A DNA stretch of 61,398 nucleotides from a virus (lineage: Duplodnaviria; Caudoviricetes): the IMG/VR virus record IMGVR_UViG_3300029309_000028, positions 1-61,398 of that record; one strand, given 5' to 3'. Numbering within the stretch: position 1 is the stretch's first letter; each line of letters begins with the position of its first letter. Positions 1 to 10,514 of this stretch are shown piece by piece. A model generated the notes under the pieces. That model searched no databases. It saw only the letters and a list, made by a program, of their open reading frames with translations, and had not been told where the DNA came from. Position numbers and translations under genes: made by a program.

Positions 1-95
1 TTCCTTTTGATGAGCATCCATACACTGCTTTAGCGCATTGGTTTAAAACTGATGAAGGTATGGAAATATATGCAAATATAGAAAAACGATTAAAT
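1..95 (+). repeat. Terminal direct repeat / circular overlap, identical to 61237-61331 (3' end of the 60483 gene)
   Basis: 95 nt exact match; the sequences diverge immediately afterwards. Confidence 0.95.
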
Positions 96-107
96 TCGTA
101 ACAACCT

Positions 108-145
108 TAGTAGAGTAACCACTCTTCGGGGTGGTTACAATACTA
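108..145 (+). other. Intergenic stem-loop with UUCG tetraloop (processing/stability element or weak terminator)
   Basis: TAGTA-GA-GTAACCACTC-TTCG-GGGTGGTTAC-AA-TACTA; no U-tract; covarying variant at 61344-61380. Confidence 0.75.
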
Positions 146-157
146 TAAAAAAATATT

Positions 158-835
158 ATGATAAAAATAGACGATGTATATCAGAAAGTTTTAGCTATTG
201 CTAATAAAGAACAGAGAGGTTATGTGACTCCTCAAGAGTTTAATTTATTTTCTGATCAAGCTCAGTTAGATATATTTGAACAGTATATCTATGATATAAA
301 TCAATTTGAAAGAGTAAAAGGTAACGATACAGAGTACTCTGATATGCTAGAGCATCTTAATGAAAAGTTAAGTGCGTTTAAACATTTAGAAAATTTAACT
401 TATACTACAGACTATTTTGAATTAGCTGATGATACTTATAGAATAGGTAGTATAATATATAAAGACATTCAAGTTCAAGAAATAAATGATAAAGAGTTTA
501 TTTATTTAAATTCATCTCCTCTTTTAAGACCAACAGAAAAAAATCCTATATATATAAAAAGACAAAACAAAATATTTTTATATCCTCAAAACATACAAAC
601 AGATATATCTTGCTCGTTTATAAAAAAACCAATAAAACCTAGATGGAATTATGTAGTTGTAAACGGTGAGGCTTTATATAACCCAACAAATTCTGAAAAT
701 TATCAGCTACATATATCAGAAGAAAATAATTTAATAAACAAGATATTGCAGCTAGCAGGTATAACTATGAACAACGAAATATACCAAGTTGCTAGTCAAG
801 AAGAAATAAAAGATATTCAACAAGAAAAAGCATAA
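158..835 (+). CDS. Virion structural protein, probable tail adaptor/ring (tubular protein A-like)
   Basis: Lies downstream of the capsid module; NKEQRGYVTPQEFN N-terminus resembles crAss-like/Bacteroidota podophage ring proteins. Confidence 0.6.
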   Translation: MIKIDDVYQKVLAIANKEQRGYVTPQEFNLFSDQAQLDIFEQYIYDINQFERVKGNDTEYSDMLEHLNEKLSAFKHLENLTYTTDYFELADDTYRIGSIIYKDIQVQEINDKEFIYLNSSPLLRPTEKNPIYIKRQNKIFLYPQNIQTDISCSFIKKPIKPRWNYVVVNGEALYNPTNSENYQLHISEENNLINKILQLAGITMNNEIYQVASQEEIKDIQQEKA

Positions 836-838
836 TAA

Positions 839-2128
839 ATGGCGTTACTTAATCAAACACAACAACAGTATTATCAAGGTAGTGATTTTGGTAATTATCA
901 GTTTATACCTTTATCCGAGGTTATAAATCAATTTATGGTTGTTTATGTAGGTGAAGAAAAAATAATAAACAAAGCTAGAAAAGTAGATGTTCAATTCCAC
1001 GCTATGAGAGCTATGCAAGAGCTTAGCTTTGATACTTTTAAATCTATAAAATCACAAGAAATAACTGTACCACCAGCGTTATCGGCCGTGCTACCTCAAG
1101 ACTATGTTAACTATGTAAAGTTATCTTGGACAGATAGCGCTGGTATTATGCACGTAATATACCCTACTAAATACACTAAAAATCCAGAGCCAATACTGCA
1201 AAACGAACAAGGAGAGTATAAATTACAAGCTATAGGTACTATGACTGATGGAAGTACAACTATTGTTTTAAATAAAGAATATAAAAACATACTAGTTGGT
1301 ATGGTTGTGTCAGCTCCAAACGTACCAGTTGGAAGCACAGTAACAAGCGTGACTAACAACTCTAGCATTACAACTATAGTTATAAGTAGCGCTGCTACGT
1401 ACACTGGAGATGAAACCTTAACGTTTACAAACACAGATGGTTCTTTAATATTTGAAGAAGAGTCTGCGTTTATACTAGAAGATTTAACTATTGTTTCTGG
1501 TAGTAATAAAATTACAGCAAACTCTACCGCGGACGCAAGGCAAATTAAAGTAGGTATGTTAGTGTCTTCAATTGATTTTGCTGTTGGGACGACTGTTATA
1601 GATGTTAACGGTGCTGTAATAACAACTTCTGAAAACGCTACTACAGTCAGTACTGAAGCTACGTTTTTATCTAATAAAAAAATATCACAAACACTTTCTA
1701 ATTACAGATCTTACAGCGCAAGCGATAACACTGATAGATATGATGATGGTACTTATGATTTAGTTGTAGGTGAAAGATATGGTTTAAATCCAGAGCAAGC
1801 TCAAGTAAATGGAACTTTTTATATTAGTAACGGTTACATATACTTTAGCTCTAATATTTCTGGTAAAAATGTAATTATAGATTATATAAGCGATGGTTTA
1901 GGCACGGATGAAGAGATGCAAGTTCATAAATTAGCAGAAGAAGCTATGTATAGATATATAGCTCACGCTATACTAGCTGGTAAAGCTAACGTTCCAGAGT
2001 ACATTGTTAATAGATTTAAAAAAGAAAAGTTTGCTGCTATTAGACAAGCTAAATTAAGATTATCAAATATTAAATTAGAAGAAATAACACAAGTACTTAG
2101 AAATAAATCTAAGTGGATTAAACACTAA
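839..2128 (+). CDS. Virion structural protein (tail ring/hub) with inserted T/S/V-rich beta repeats
   Basis: Position in the tail module; two internal (I)xVGMxVS...VGxTV repeats. Confidence 0.55.
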   Translation: MALLNQTQQQYYQGSDFGNYQFIPLSEVINQFMVVYVGEEKIINKARKVDVQFHAMRAMQELSFDTFKSIKSQEITVPPALSAVLPQDYVNYVKLSWTDSAGIMHVIYPTKYTKNPEPILQNEQGEYKLQAIGTMTDGSTTIVLNKEYKNILVGMVVSAPNVPVGSTVTSVTNNSSITTIVISSAATYTGDETLTFTNTDGSLIFEEESAFILEDLTIVSGSNKITANSTADARQIKVGMLVSSIDFAVGTTVIDVNGAVITTSENATTVSTEATFLSNKKISQTLSNYRSYSASDNTDRYDDGTYDLVVGERYGLNPEQAQVNGTFYISNGYIYFSSNISGKNVIIDYISDGLGTDEEMQVHKLAEEAMYRYIAHAILAGKANVPEYIVNRFKKEKFAAIRQAKLRLSNIKLEEITQVLRNKSKWIKH

Positions 2129-2131
2129 TAT

Positions 2132-5100
2132 ATGGCTAAAATACAGAATACTTTTACTCAAGGTAAAATGAACAAAGACCTTGATGAAAGATTACTGCCA
2201 ATTGGACAGTATAGACATGCTATGAACGTGCAAGTTAACACCTCAGAAGGCTCTGATGTAGGTACTATACAAAATATATTAGGTACTAATAATAATTTAC
2301 CTAAAATAGGCTTGCGTAGTGATGGTGTTTGTGTTGGTTCTATAGCTGATGAAAAAAATAATCACGTATATTGGTTTACTAAAATACAAAGTACTGGCGA
2401 TAATATTATATCAAGATACAACACAGACACTAATATTCATGAGTTAGTTTTAGTCGATAAAAACGATATATTAGAGTTTACTTACGAAAATATTATAACT
2501 GGTATAAATATTATTGATGATATGTTGTTTTTTACAGATAATATATCTGAGCCAAAAAAAATAAATATAACAAGATGTATTGAAGGTACAGTTGATATAA
2601 ATACACACACAAAGCTTTTTGTTAACGGTGAAGTAGTTCAAGATATTGTACCTGCTACTTTTGGAACTCCTGGTTCTGCTACAGATGTTGATTTAAGAAA
2701 AGAGCATATAACTGTAATTAAAAAAGCACCTAAATATCCACCTGTATTAAAAATGTCTTCTGAAATACCAACTGGTGTTTTTAGCGGTAGCACTGAAATA
2801 GACTTTGATACTTACAATGTAGACAATACTTTAATTATAAACGTTGCTCTTCCAGCTAACGTAGATCCAAACTCTTCTTTTAATATACAGCAAGGAAATA
2901 TAATAGTTTTACAAAATTATACTACAAGCGTTCCTAACGTACCTTTAGTTGATTACGTTATTAGAGCTGAAGTATTACAAGTAGTTTCTGGTACAAACCC
3001 TCCTTCATTAAATAATGGTTTAACTTTGTTTTCAATAAAAATACTTAGTAAATCAGTAAATACGCCTTCAGGTACACAAACTTATTACATGTCTTTATTG
3101 CTAGAAGAAAAAAATAAGTTTGAGTTTAAATTTCCTAGATTTGCTTATAGATACAGATATGAAGACGGTGAATATTCTAGCTTCTCTCCATTTTCAGAAA
3201 TAGCTTTTATACCTGGTAATTTTGATTATCATCCTAGAAAAGGTTATAATTTAGGTATGACTAACAGATTAACTGACATATATGTAACAGAGTTTGTAAC
3301 AGAAGATCAACCTGAAGACGTTGTTGAAATAGATTTACTATATAAAGAATCAGACTCATCATCTATTTATGTTCTAGAAACTTTAAAGCCTGATAATGAT
3401 GAATATCAAGTTGTTAACTTTGATGCTAATAATGCTTTAGATTTAAAAAGAAATGGTAGTTATTTAGTTAAATCAGAAACTATATACTCTTTACTACCTT
3501 CAAATCAAATATTAAGACCTTACGATAATGTTCCTAGATTTGCTAAAGCTCAAGAAATTATAGCTAATAGAATAGTATATGGTAATTATGTTCAAAACTA
3601 TGATTTGTCACCAAGATCAGAAAACGCAGATTACAAAACTCAATTAAATGTTATTTTAAAAAGTGAAAACGTAAACTCAAGTTTTGGTGTAAAATCTTTA
3701 AAATCACTTAGAGATTATCAAGTTGGTATTGTGTATTTAGATGAATACGGTAGACAAACACCAGTATTAACAACAAACACTTCTACAGTAGCTGTTGATA
3801 AAGTTAACGCTGACAAATCAAATAAATTAAGAGTTCAAGTTACTGGTGGGCAAACAGCGCCGTCTTGGGCAAAAGGTTTTAAGTTTTATGTAAAAGAAAC
3901 AACTGGCGAATATTATAATTTAGCTATGGATCGTTTTTACGATGCTGAAGACGGTAATATATGGTTAGCTTTTCCTTCTGTTGATAGAAACAAAGTAGAT
4001 ATAGAAACTTTTTTAATATTAAAAAAAGGTTCTGAATCTGATGATTTAGTTACTACAGAAGCTAAGTACAAAATAATAGCTATATCAAATGAAGCTCCAG
4101 ATTTTATAAAAGAAAAATCTTTTCCACTTGGTAGTGTTGTAGAAAACGCTAGTAATGATTTTTTTGGAACTGTATCTTCTTTAGAAGGTAGTAGAAGTAT
4201 TACTATTTTAGCAGATCCTAACGGTGGTTTTGCTTTAAAAAATGGTAGCTTATCACACATACATGAAAAAGTTAAATCAAAAAGAGTAAGAGTTAGATTT
4301 GAAGGAGTTAATAATCAAGTATCTAACTATTATGAAATTACTACTATTGGTTATGAGCCTGATCCAAATGGTATTGACTATCCTCTTAATAAAATAGAAA
4401 TAAATATAGAAGAAAGTTTTGGAGCTGATGTTAATTTTATATTTAGTGGTGGTGTTATTTCTAGTGCAACTACTTTAGTTTTTGAAGAAATAAAAGTTGT
4501 AAATTCACCTAAATTTGACGGTAGGTTTTTTGTAAAAATACATAACGATGCTTCAGTACAAGAAAATATAGGTGTTAATCAAAGTTCTAGTAGCAAATAT
4601 CAAGTTTTAACTTCTAGAAAATTATACTATTTATCACCAAACCATATAGCGCTACACTCTTTAGGAGGTACAGGTGCTGTTAATGATCCTAATTACAGTC
4701 CTAATACAACTACTTTTAACGATAATTATCACGATAATGGTATAATCATACCTTCAAATATAAATCCTAACGATTATTTTAGAGGTATTTATTCTGCTAC
4801 TATTCCTGAGTTTTGGTATAAGTATACTGCTTTTTTTAGAAATCAACCTACGTTTGATATAAATGATAGATCATCGTCAGCTGATGCTAGTTCTTTTGAA
4901 GATGTTTGGTATATAGATGGTGGTTTATCAGTTGGTGCTTTTACAAATACTACGCCTGCAAATTCAACAGGTACAAATCACACGAACGTACCTATAAACC
5001 AAAGTCAACATTTAGGTATGGGTGTAACAAATTATGCTAACTCTTCTATAATGGAAATAGGTTTCGGAGGTTTACAACCAGACCCTAGTAAAGAAGTTCA

Positions 5101-7897
5101 ACCTAATTCATACGCTGGAACGCAAATAGCTCTGATTTCTCCTGGAGGATCAATACAAGCATCTGTAAAAACCGCTGGTAATCTTAGTACTAGAGGTTGG
5201 ACTACAGGAAGTTCAAGCATATACGCTATAGGTGTTGAAGCTAAAAACGAGTATTATGGGCTTGAACAAAAAGAATTTGTAGATCCTATAATGACAGTAG
5301 GTACGCAGTTTAGATGGAAAGAAGATCCAAACGGAACTGTATATACTATAGTAGGAAATAATGATCCAGACTGGTTTTTATTAAGATACGATAATGGAAT
5401 CAATAATAGATTAGAGCCAATAGGTTATAGACCAGAAAACTGGAATAGAAACTTTAGAATTACCTTAAATAAGCCTATGCTTTGGAATCCTATAGTAGAT
5501 GGAGCTTTAAATGGTTATTCTCCAAACTCAATACAAGCTTTAACAAGTAATAGCAATTTACCTTCTGGTGTTACTTCTGCTACTTTCGTTACTATGGAAA
5601 TAGTTAAACAAGTAGACGAAGAAGTACCTTTAGCTGCAAATCCAGCTATATGGGAAACAGAACCAAAAGAAAAAGCAGAATTAAATGTTTATTACGAGGC
5701 TAGTAACGTTTACCCGGTAACTTTAGATGAAAAAAGTTTTAGCAGTATAATAAAAATAGGTTCTACTATAAGTCAAGATCAAAACGGTACAATAATTACT
5801 TCTACAGTAACTGGCCATGATGGTGATGATATTATAAACATAAGTAGTGCTTCAGCTACGTTTAACGCTGATGTAGCTACTATAACTTACAATAATATAT
5901 CATTAAACGTTACTATCGTTAACATGCCTCAGCAAGGTAAAGTTAAAATAAGTAGAAATATACATAGCAGCCCAATAGAACTAGAGTGGTTTAATTGTTA
6001 CAGCTTTGGTAATGGTGTTGAATCTAATAGGATAGAAGATAACTTTAACAAAGCTTTTATAGATAACGGTGCTATTGCTTCGGCTACTTTATCAGACACA
6101 TCTTTAATAAAAGAAGAGCGAAGAAAATATGGTTTAATATTTTCAGGGTTATACAACACTATATCAAATATAAATAACTTAAATCAATTTATACAAGCTG
6201 AAAATATAACTAAAGAAATTAATCCAACATACGGAAGTATACAAAAGCTATTTACTAGACAAACTGATTTAGTTACTTTATGTGAAGATAAAGTTGTAAA
6301 AGTATTAGCAAATAAAACAGCTTTATTTACAGCTGACGGTGAAAATAATGTAACTTCAACTTCTAATGTTTTAGGTCAAACAGTACCTTTTGTAGGTAGT
6401 TACGGTATATCACAAAATCCAGAGTCTTTTGCTAGTGAAAGTTATAGAGCTTACTTTACAGATAAACAAAGAGGAGCTGTTTTAAGACTATCAATGGACG
6501 GTTTAACACCTATATCTGACGCTGGTATGAAAGACTGGTTTGGTGATAATTTAAAAAGTGCAAACTATTTAATAGGTAGCTACGATCAAGATAAAAATGA
6601 TTATAACATAACTATAGTTAATGACACTTTAGTAAAAACTACAGGTTTAAGTAGAGAAATAGATTACACTTTATCTTTTGATGAAGAAGTTAGAGGTTGG
6701 ACAAGTTTTAAGTCTTTTATACCAGAAAGTGGTGTTAGTTGTTCTAATAAATACTATACGTTTTACAAAGGTAATATATTTGAACATCACGCTGAAGACT
6801 CTGAAAGAAATAATTTTTACGGAAACTTTGAGCAAACTTTAGTTTCATTTATATTTAATCAAGAACCAAGTGTTGTTAAAGAGTTTAGAGCTTTAGTTTA
6901 TGAAGGTAGCCAATCAAGAATATTAAGTGTATACGCTAATAACACTTATACAGATGCTAACGGTAATTTATTAACCTCTTCTAACGATAATTATAAAAAT
7001 TTAGTTGATAAAGATGGTTGGTATGCGCAAAAGTTAGAAACTGATTTAGAAAAAGGTATTATACCTTATTTTGTTAAAAGAGAAAACAAATGGTTTAACT
7101 ATATTAGAGGTAATGAAATAGATTATTCTCAAGGTAAGTTAGTTTTAGATACGTCAAAGTTTTCTGTGCAAGGTATAGGTTTTGCTAGCGATATACAGTC
7201 TACAGTAACACCACTTGGGCCATTAACACCGCCGTCTGTAACAGTGACTGGATGTACAGATCCACTAGCAGATAACTATAATCCAAACGCAACTGTTGAT
7301 GATGGTTCATGTGTTTATATAGCGCAACCACCCGTCGGGACACCAGTTGTAGTTCCATCTGATGGTCCTATTATTGACTTAAATGAAAACCCTATTGAAC
7401 CAGTACTTGATGATTCAAATCAAAACGTTAATACTATACAAACGCAAAACATTAACACTACACAAACGCAAAACATTATACAACCAGTAAACCCTCTACT
7501 ACCTGGTAGCTTTAATTTAGTTCAAGATAAAACGATTCCTTTTGTACCTTCTTCAAACAACTATACTTTTATTGGTATAGGTTTTAGCTCTATGGTTAGT
7601 GGAGGCACGCTACCTTACAATTACTTATTAACTGATTTAAAGTACGCTGAAGTTGATGTTAATGGTAATGTTGGAACTTTTACTACGGTAACACCTTCTG
7701 GAGGAGTTCCACCAAGCAATTTTACATCATCTGCAAACGCTTCTGTAAATAGTGGAGTACCTATCACTCATCAGCTATATTATTGGCAAACTGGTGTTAA
7801 TGCACAAACACTTAGATTTGAGATGACCGTTACAGATTCTAACTCTACACCAAATTTTGTAACTTTTACTGAAGACATAACGCTATACAGAGATTAA
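2132..7897 (+). CDS. Tail tubular protein B / muzzle (P22 gp10-like stabilisation protein) with C-terminal extension
   Basis: 1921 aa; N-terminal GKMNKDLDERLLP; GISQNPESFA...YFTDKQRGAVLRLS...GWTSFKSFIPE motifs typical of this family. Confidence 0.7.
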   Translation: MAKIQNTFTQGKMNKDLDERLLPIGQYRHAMNVQVNTSEGSDVGTIQNILGTNNNLPKIGLRSDGVCVGSIADEKNNHVYWFTKIQSTGDNIISRYNTDTNIHELVLVDKNDILEFTYENIITGINIIDDMLFFTDNISEPKKINITRCIEGTVDINTHTKLFVNGEVVQDIVPATFGTPGSATDVDLRKEHITVIKKAPKYPPVLKMSSEIPTGVFSGSTEIDFDTYNVDNTLIINVALPANVDPNSSFNIQQGNIIVLQNYTTSVPNVPLVDYVIRAEVLQVVSGTNPPSLNNGLTLFSIKILSKSVNTPSGTQTYYMSLLLEEKNKFEFKFPRFAYRYRYEDGEYSSFSPFSEIAFIPGNFDYHPRKGYNLGMTNRLTDIYVTEFVTEDQPEDVVEIDLLYKESDSSSIYVLETLKPDNDEYQVVNFDANNALDLKRNGSYLVKSETIYSLLPSNQILRPYDNVPRFAKAQEIIANRIVYGNYVQNYDLSPRSENADYKTQLNVILKSENVNSSFGVKSLKSLRDYQVGIVYLDEYGRQTPVLTTNTSTVAVDKVNADKSNKLRVQVTGGQTAPSWAKGFKFYVKETTGEYYNLAMDRFYDAEDGNIWLAFPSVDRNKVDIETFLILKKGSESDDLVTTEAKYKIIAISNEAPDFIKEKSFPLGSVVENASNDFFGTVSSLEGSRSITILADPNGGFALKNGSLSHIHEKVKSKRVRVRFEGVNNQVSNYYEITTIGYEPDPNGIDYPLNKIEINIEESFGADVNFIFSGGVISSATTLVFEEIKVVNSPKFDGRFFVKIHNDASVQENIGVNQSSSSKYQVLTSRKLYYLSPNHIALHSLGGTGAVNDPNYSPNTTTFNDNYHDNGIIIPSNINPNDYFRGIYSATIPEFWYKYTAFFRNQPTFDINDRSSSADASSFEDVWYIDGGLSVGAFTNTTPANSTGTNHTNVPINQSQHLGMGVTNYANSSIMEIGFGGLQPDPSKEVQPNSYAGTQIALISPGGSIQASVKTAGNLSTRGWTTGSSSIYAIGVEAKNEYYGLEQKEFVDPIMTVGTQFRWKEDPNGTVYTIVGNNDPDWFLLRYDNGINNRLEPIGYRPENWNRNFRITLNKPMLWNPIVDGALNGYSPNSIQALTSNSNLPSGVTSATFVTMEIVKQVDEEVPLAANPAIWETEPKEKAELNVYYEASNVYPVTLDEKSFSSIIKIGSTISQDQNGTIITSTVTGHDGDDIINISSASATFNADVATITYNNISLNVTIVNMPQQGKVKISRNIHSSPIELEWFNCYSFGNGVESNRIEDNFNKAFIDNGAIASATLSDTSLIKEERRKYGLIFSGLYNTISNINNLNQFIQAENITKEINPTYGSIQKLFTRQTDLVTLCEDKVVKVLANKTALFTADGENNVTSTSNVLGQTVPFVGSYGISQNPESFASESYRAYFTDKQRGAVLRLSMDGLTPISDAGMKDWFGDNLKSANYLIGSYDQDKNDYNITIVNDTLVKTTGLSREIDYTLSFDEEVRGWTSFKSFIPESGVSCSNKYYTFYKGNIFEHHAEDSERNNFYGNFEQTLVSFIFNQEPSVVKEFRALVYEGSQSRILSVYANNTYTDANGNLLTSSNDNYKNLVDKDGWYAQKLETDLEKGIIPYFVKRENKWFNYIRGNEIDYSQGKLVLDTSKFSVQGIGFASDIQSTVTPLGPLTPPSVTVTGCTDPLADNYNPNATVDDGSCVYIAQPPVGTPVVVPSDGPIIDLNENPIEPVLDDSNQNVNTIQTQNINTTQTQNIIQPVNPLLPGSFNLVQDKTIPFVPSSNNYTFIGIGFSSMVSGGTLPYNYLLTDLKYAEVDVNGNVGTFTTVTPSGGVPPSNFTSSANASVNSGVPITHQLYYWQTGVNAQTLRFEMTVTDSNSTPNFVTFTEDITLYRD

Positions 7898-7898
7898 T

Positions 7899-9350
7899 AT
7901 GAAAACAATAACTAACTTTGGATTTGACAATACAGATTTACCAAAAAATGAAACTGTAAGATATTTTTATGTTTACGGTGATGTTGATAGTGTTTTTAGT
8001 GTATATATAACTAACGAGGTACATGAAGAAACAACAACAAACAAAGGTGCTGTAGGTCACTACTATGATTTTGACTCTCAAGAGTTCGTGGCTAGTGGAT
8101 TTAAAGGTTTACTTCAAGTTAAAATACCAACAAGTGGTATTTATATTGGTTCTATAAAGTTTCCAACAGTTACTGATAATGATGAGTATAATATATATTT
8201 AAGAGCTGAAACGCATTTTAACACTCAACTATCTACAAACTTAGTTGATAAAGGTTTTTTATACAAAATGCCAAATTTTAGTAAACAAACTAATAGTGAT
8301 GGTAGTTTAACATATCCTTCAACTGTTTATCAATATTTAGACACAACTGTTACTATAGCTGTTTTATCTGGTAACGCAGGTATAGTAGAACCTTCTACAA
8401 CAACTTATGCCGCTTCAAGAGGTGTTTTTCAATTAGACGAAAGTAATATAGAAGTTATTTCGCCTATTAATAGAAAAGCTGTTAGTTATTCAATATCTAC
8501 CGGTGACGCAAGTTTAGTTTTATCTATATTAAAACAACCAGAAGCAAATGATTTTTATATTACAAAAACTTCAGGTACTGTCTACAATGATCAAGCACCT
8601 GCAGATACAGCTGGTACTGGAAGTCTTATTTATAACTATTTAGATGTAAATAGCGTTGAAGGTTTAGCTGTTGGTTACGATGTTTTTTCAGGAGTAAATG
8701 CTAGTGGTGCTGCTTTATCGCTAGAAGCTGGTGTTTATAAAATAGTAGCTATAAAAACTCATGAAGAATTAAGAGCTTTAGGCGGTCAATACATTAGTAA
8801 TTTAGTAGATGGTGTTACAAGAATATTTTTTAACACAACTAGTGGTTTTCCAAACACAGAACAAAACTCTGTTTTAACATTTAGAGGTTATGGTCCTAAC
8901 GCGGCTTTTAAATCTTATAATACTAAATTTAAATTAAACAAACTGAGTGCTGCTTTACCTGTTGTTAACAATGCAGATACAGGTCAACCTACAGAGTTTA
9001 ATGTAGTAACAACTGCCGGGCAAGATTTAACTTCAGCTGACAGTACTACCTGGGAAGTTGCGAGTACAGCTGGTATAAAAGTTGGTAATACGATGCAGTC
9101 TAAAGGTTTAGGTGTTACTAGCGCTGGTGCTAGCATAACAGTAGCTGCTGTAGCTAATGCTACTACAATAACTACAAGTGGAGCTTTAGCTAGCGGTTAT
9201 ACAATATTAAACGGTACTGCTATTTATTTTACAGGTAGCGCTGCTACAGTAACAATATCTGGTAATATTGATTTTATAAACTTAGGCGATACTAATTTTA
9301 CTTTAACTTTAGATTTAGATAAAATACTAACATTAACAGACAACTACTAA
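7899..9350 (+). CDS. Putative tail structural protein
   Basis: 483 aa, T/S/G-rich beta composition, within the tail operon. Confidence 0.5.
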   Translation: MKTITNFGFDNTDLPKNETVRYFYVYGDVDSVFSVYITNEVHEETTTNKGAVGHYYDFDSQEFVASGFKGLLQVKIPTSGIYIGSIKFPTVTDNDEYNIYLRAETHFNTQLSTNLVDKGFLYKMPNFSKQTNSDGSLTYPSTVYQYLDTTVTIAVLSGNAGIVEPSTTTYAASRGVFQLDESNIEVISPINRKAVSYSISTGDASLVLSILKQPEANDFYITKTSGTVYNDQAPADTAGTGSLIYNYLDVNSVEGLAVGYDVFSGVNASGAALSLEAGVYKIVAIKTHEELRALGGQYISNLVDGVTRIFFNTTSGFPNTEQNSVLTFRGYGPNAAFKSYNTKFKLNKLSAALPVVNNADTGQPTEFNVVTTAGQDLTSADSTTWEVASTAGIKVGNTMQSKGLGVTSAGASITVAAVANATTITTSGALASGYTILNGTAIYFTGSAATVTISGNIDFINLGDTNFTLTLDLDKILTLTDNY

Positions 9351-9351
9351 C

Positions 9352-9711
9352 ATGCTAACATTAACATTTCCATTTCCATTAAACACATCTGTTCAAATAG
9401 GTGACTTTGTTTTTGCTAAAGCAACGTCGTTATCTGGGCAATATTCTACTAGTAGTAGCTCTGTAATGGGTGCAGATTTAGTTGGTATTATAACTGATAT
9501 ACAAGACAGAGAAACTAATAATTCTAAAATAATAATTGATAATCAAAATTTTACACCAACATCAAGTGATTTTATTTGTTTTGCTAAAAGTAATATTGTT
9601 AACGCTTCTAGTTTAAAAGGTTATTATGCTGAAACAACGTTTGTTAACAACTCAAAAGAAAAAGCAGAATTATTTGGTGTAACAGCTGAAATACAGCAAA
9701 GTAGTAAATAA
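9352..9711 (+). CDS. Small structural protein
   Basis: Tightly coupled ORF in the tail module. Confidence 0.5.
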   Translation: MLTLTFPFPLNTSVQIGDFVFAKATSLSGQYSTSSSSVMGADLVGIITDIQDRETNNSKIIIDNQNFTPTSSDFICFAKSNIVNASSLKGYYAETTFVNNSKEKAELFGVTAEIQQSSK

Positions 9712-9732
9712 TTAATATATAGTGTAATTATA
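9705..9732 (+). promoter_or_regulatory. Putative class II (middle/late) promoter
   Basis: TAAATAAT-N10-TGTAATTATA, same layout as 44796-44823; 13 nt before the 9746 ATG. Confidence 0.5.
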
Positions 9733-9745
9733 AAAAATAAAAAAT

Positions 9746-10498
9746 ATGGCATTAGGTAAAAAGGTAAGTCCAGCAAAATTTTTAGGTGCAGTATCACTTG
9801 GTTTAGGTGTAGCGCAAGGCGCAACTCAAATTATAGGTGGTATAGCTGAAAGAAGAAGATTAAAGGATGAGATGCGAAGAACTAAAAAAGAGTTTAGAAG
9901 AAATAGAGATACATTACAAGGTATGCAGTTTGAAAATCCTTACGGTGACATGCAGACTAATTTTGAAAATCCTTACGAAGATTTAACAGTTAACCAACAA
10001 CAAGCTCAGTTTCAAGCAGAGCAAGCAGCTCAGTCAAGAGCTAATATACTAAACAGTCTTCAAAGCGCTGCTGGCCCAAGCGGTATAGCTGGTCTTGCTC
10101 AAAGTTTAGCTAATCAAGCAACTCAACAACAAGCTGCAGCTTCTGCTAGTATAGGTCAACAAGAAGCTAGAAACCAAGCATTAGCGGCAAGAGGTGCTGA
10201 ATCAGTGTCAAGAAGAGAACAGGCCGCTGAACAAACTGTTATGGCTGGTGAAGCACAAAGGCAAGCTCAAGAAAGACAAAGAGATTTACAAGTAATGCAA
10301 TTAAGAGCTGGTAAACAAGATGCTTTAGCAGGTTTAAGACAACAAAGGTCTGAAGCTATTGGTGATATAGTTGGTGGTATTGGTACAATAGCTGGTTCTG
10401 CTTCTAACGCTTTTGAGTTAGGTATTGGAACTGGAAATAAACCTCGTGTTACAGCAGATAATCCTTATGGATTTATTCCTGGTCAAGGAGGCATATAA
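9746..10498 (+). CDS. Internal virion/ejection protein (Q/A-rich coiled coil, Gly-rich hydrophobic ends)
   Basis: Composition and position before the giant virion protein, as in podovirus core/ejection genes. Confidence 0.6.
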   Translation: MALGKKVSPAKFLGAVSLGLGVAQGATQIIGGIAERRRLKDEMRRTKKEFRRNRDTLQGMQFENPYGDMQTNFENPYEDLTVNQQQAQFQAEQAAQSRANILNSLQSAAGPSGIAGLAQSLANQATQQQAAASASIGQQEARNQALAARGAESVSRREQAAEQTVMAGEAQRQAQERQRDLQVMQLRAGKQDALAGLRQQRSEAIGDIVGGIGTIAGSASNAFELGIGTGNKPRVTADNPYGFIPGQGGI

Positions 10499-10514
10499 TT
10501 TTAAAAATATAAAC

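Noticed and set aside
1-95. Terminal repeat as the biological direct terminal repeat
   Set aside because: It lies mid-gene and is followed by divergent alleles; more consistent with assembly overlap of a circularly permuted contig
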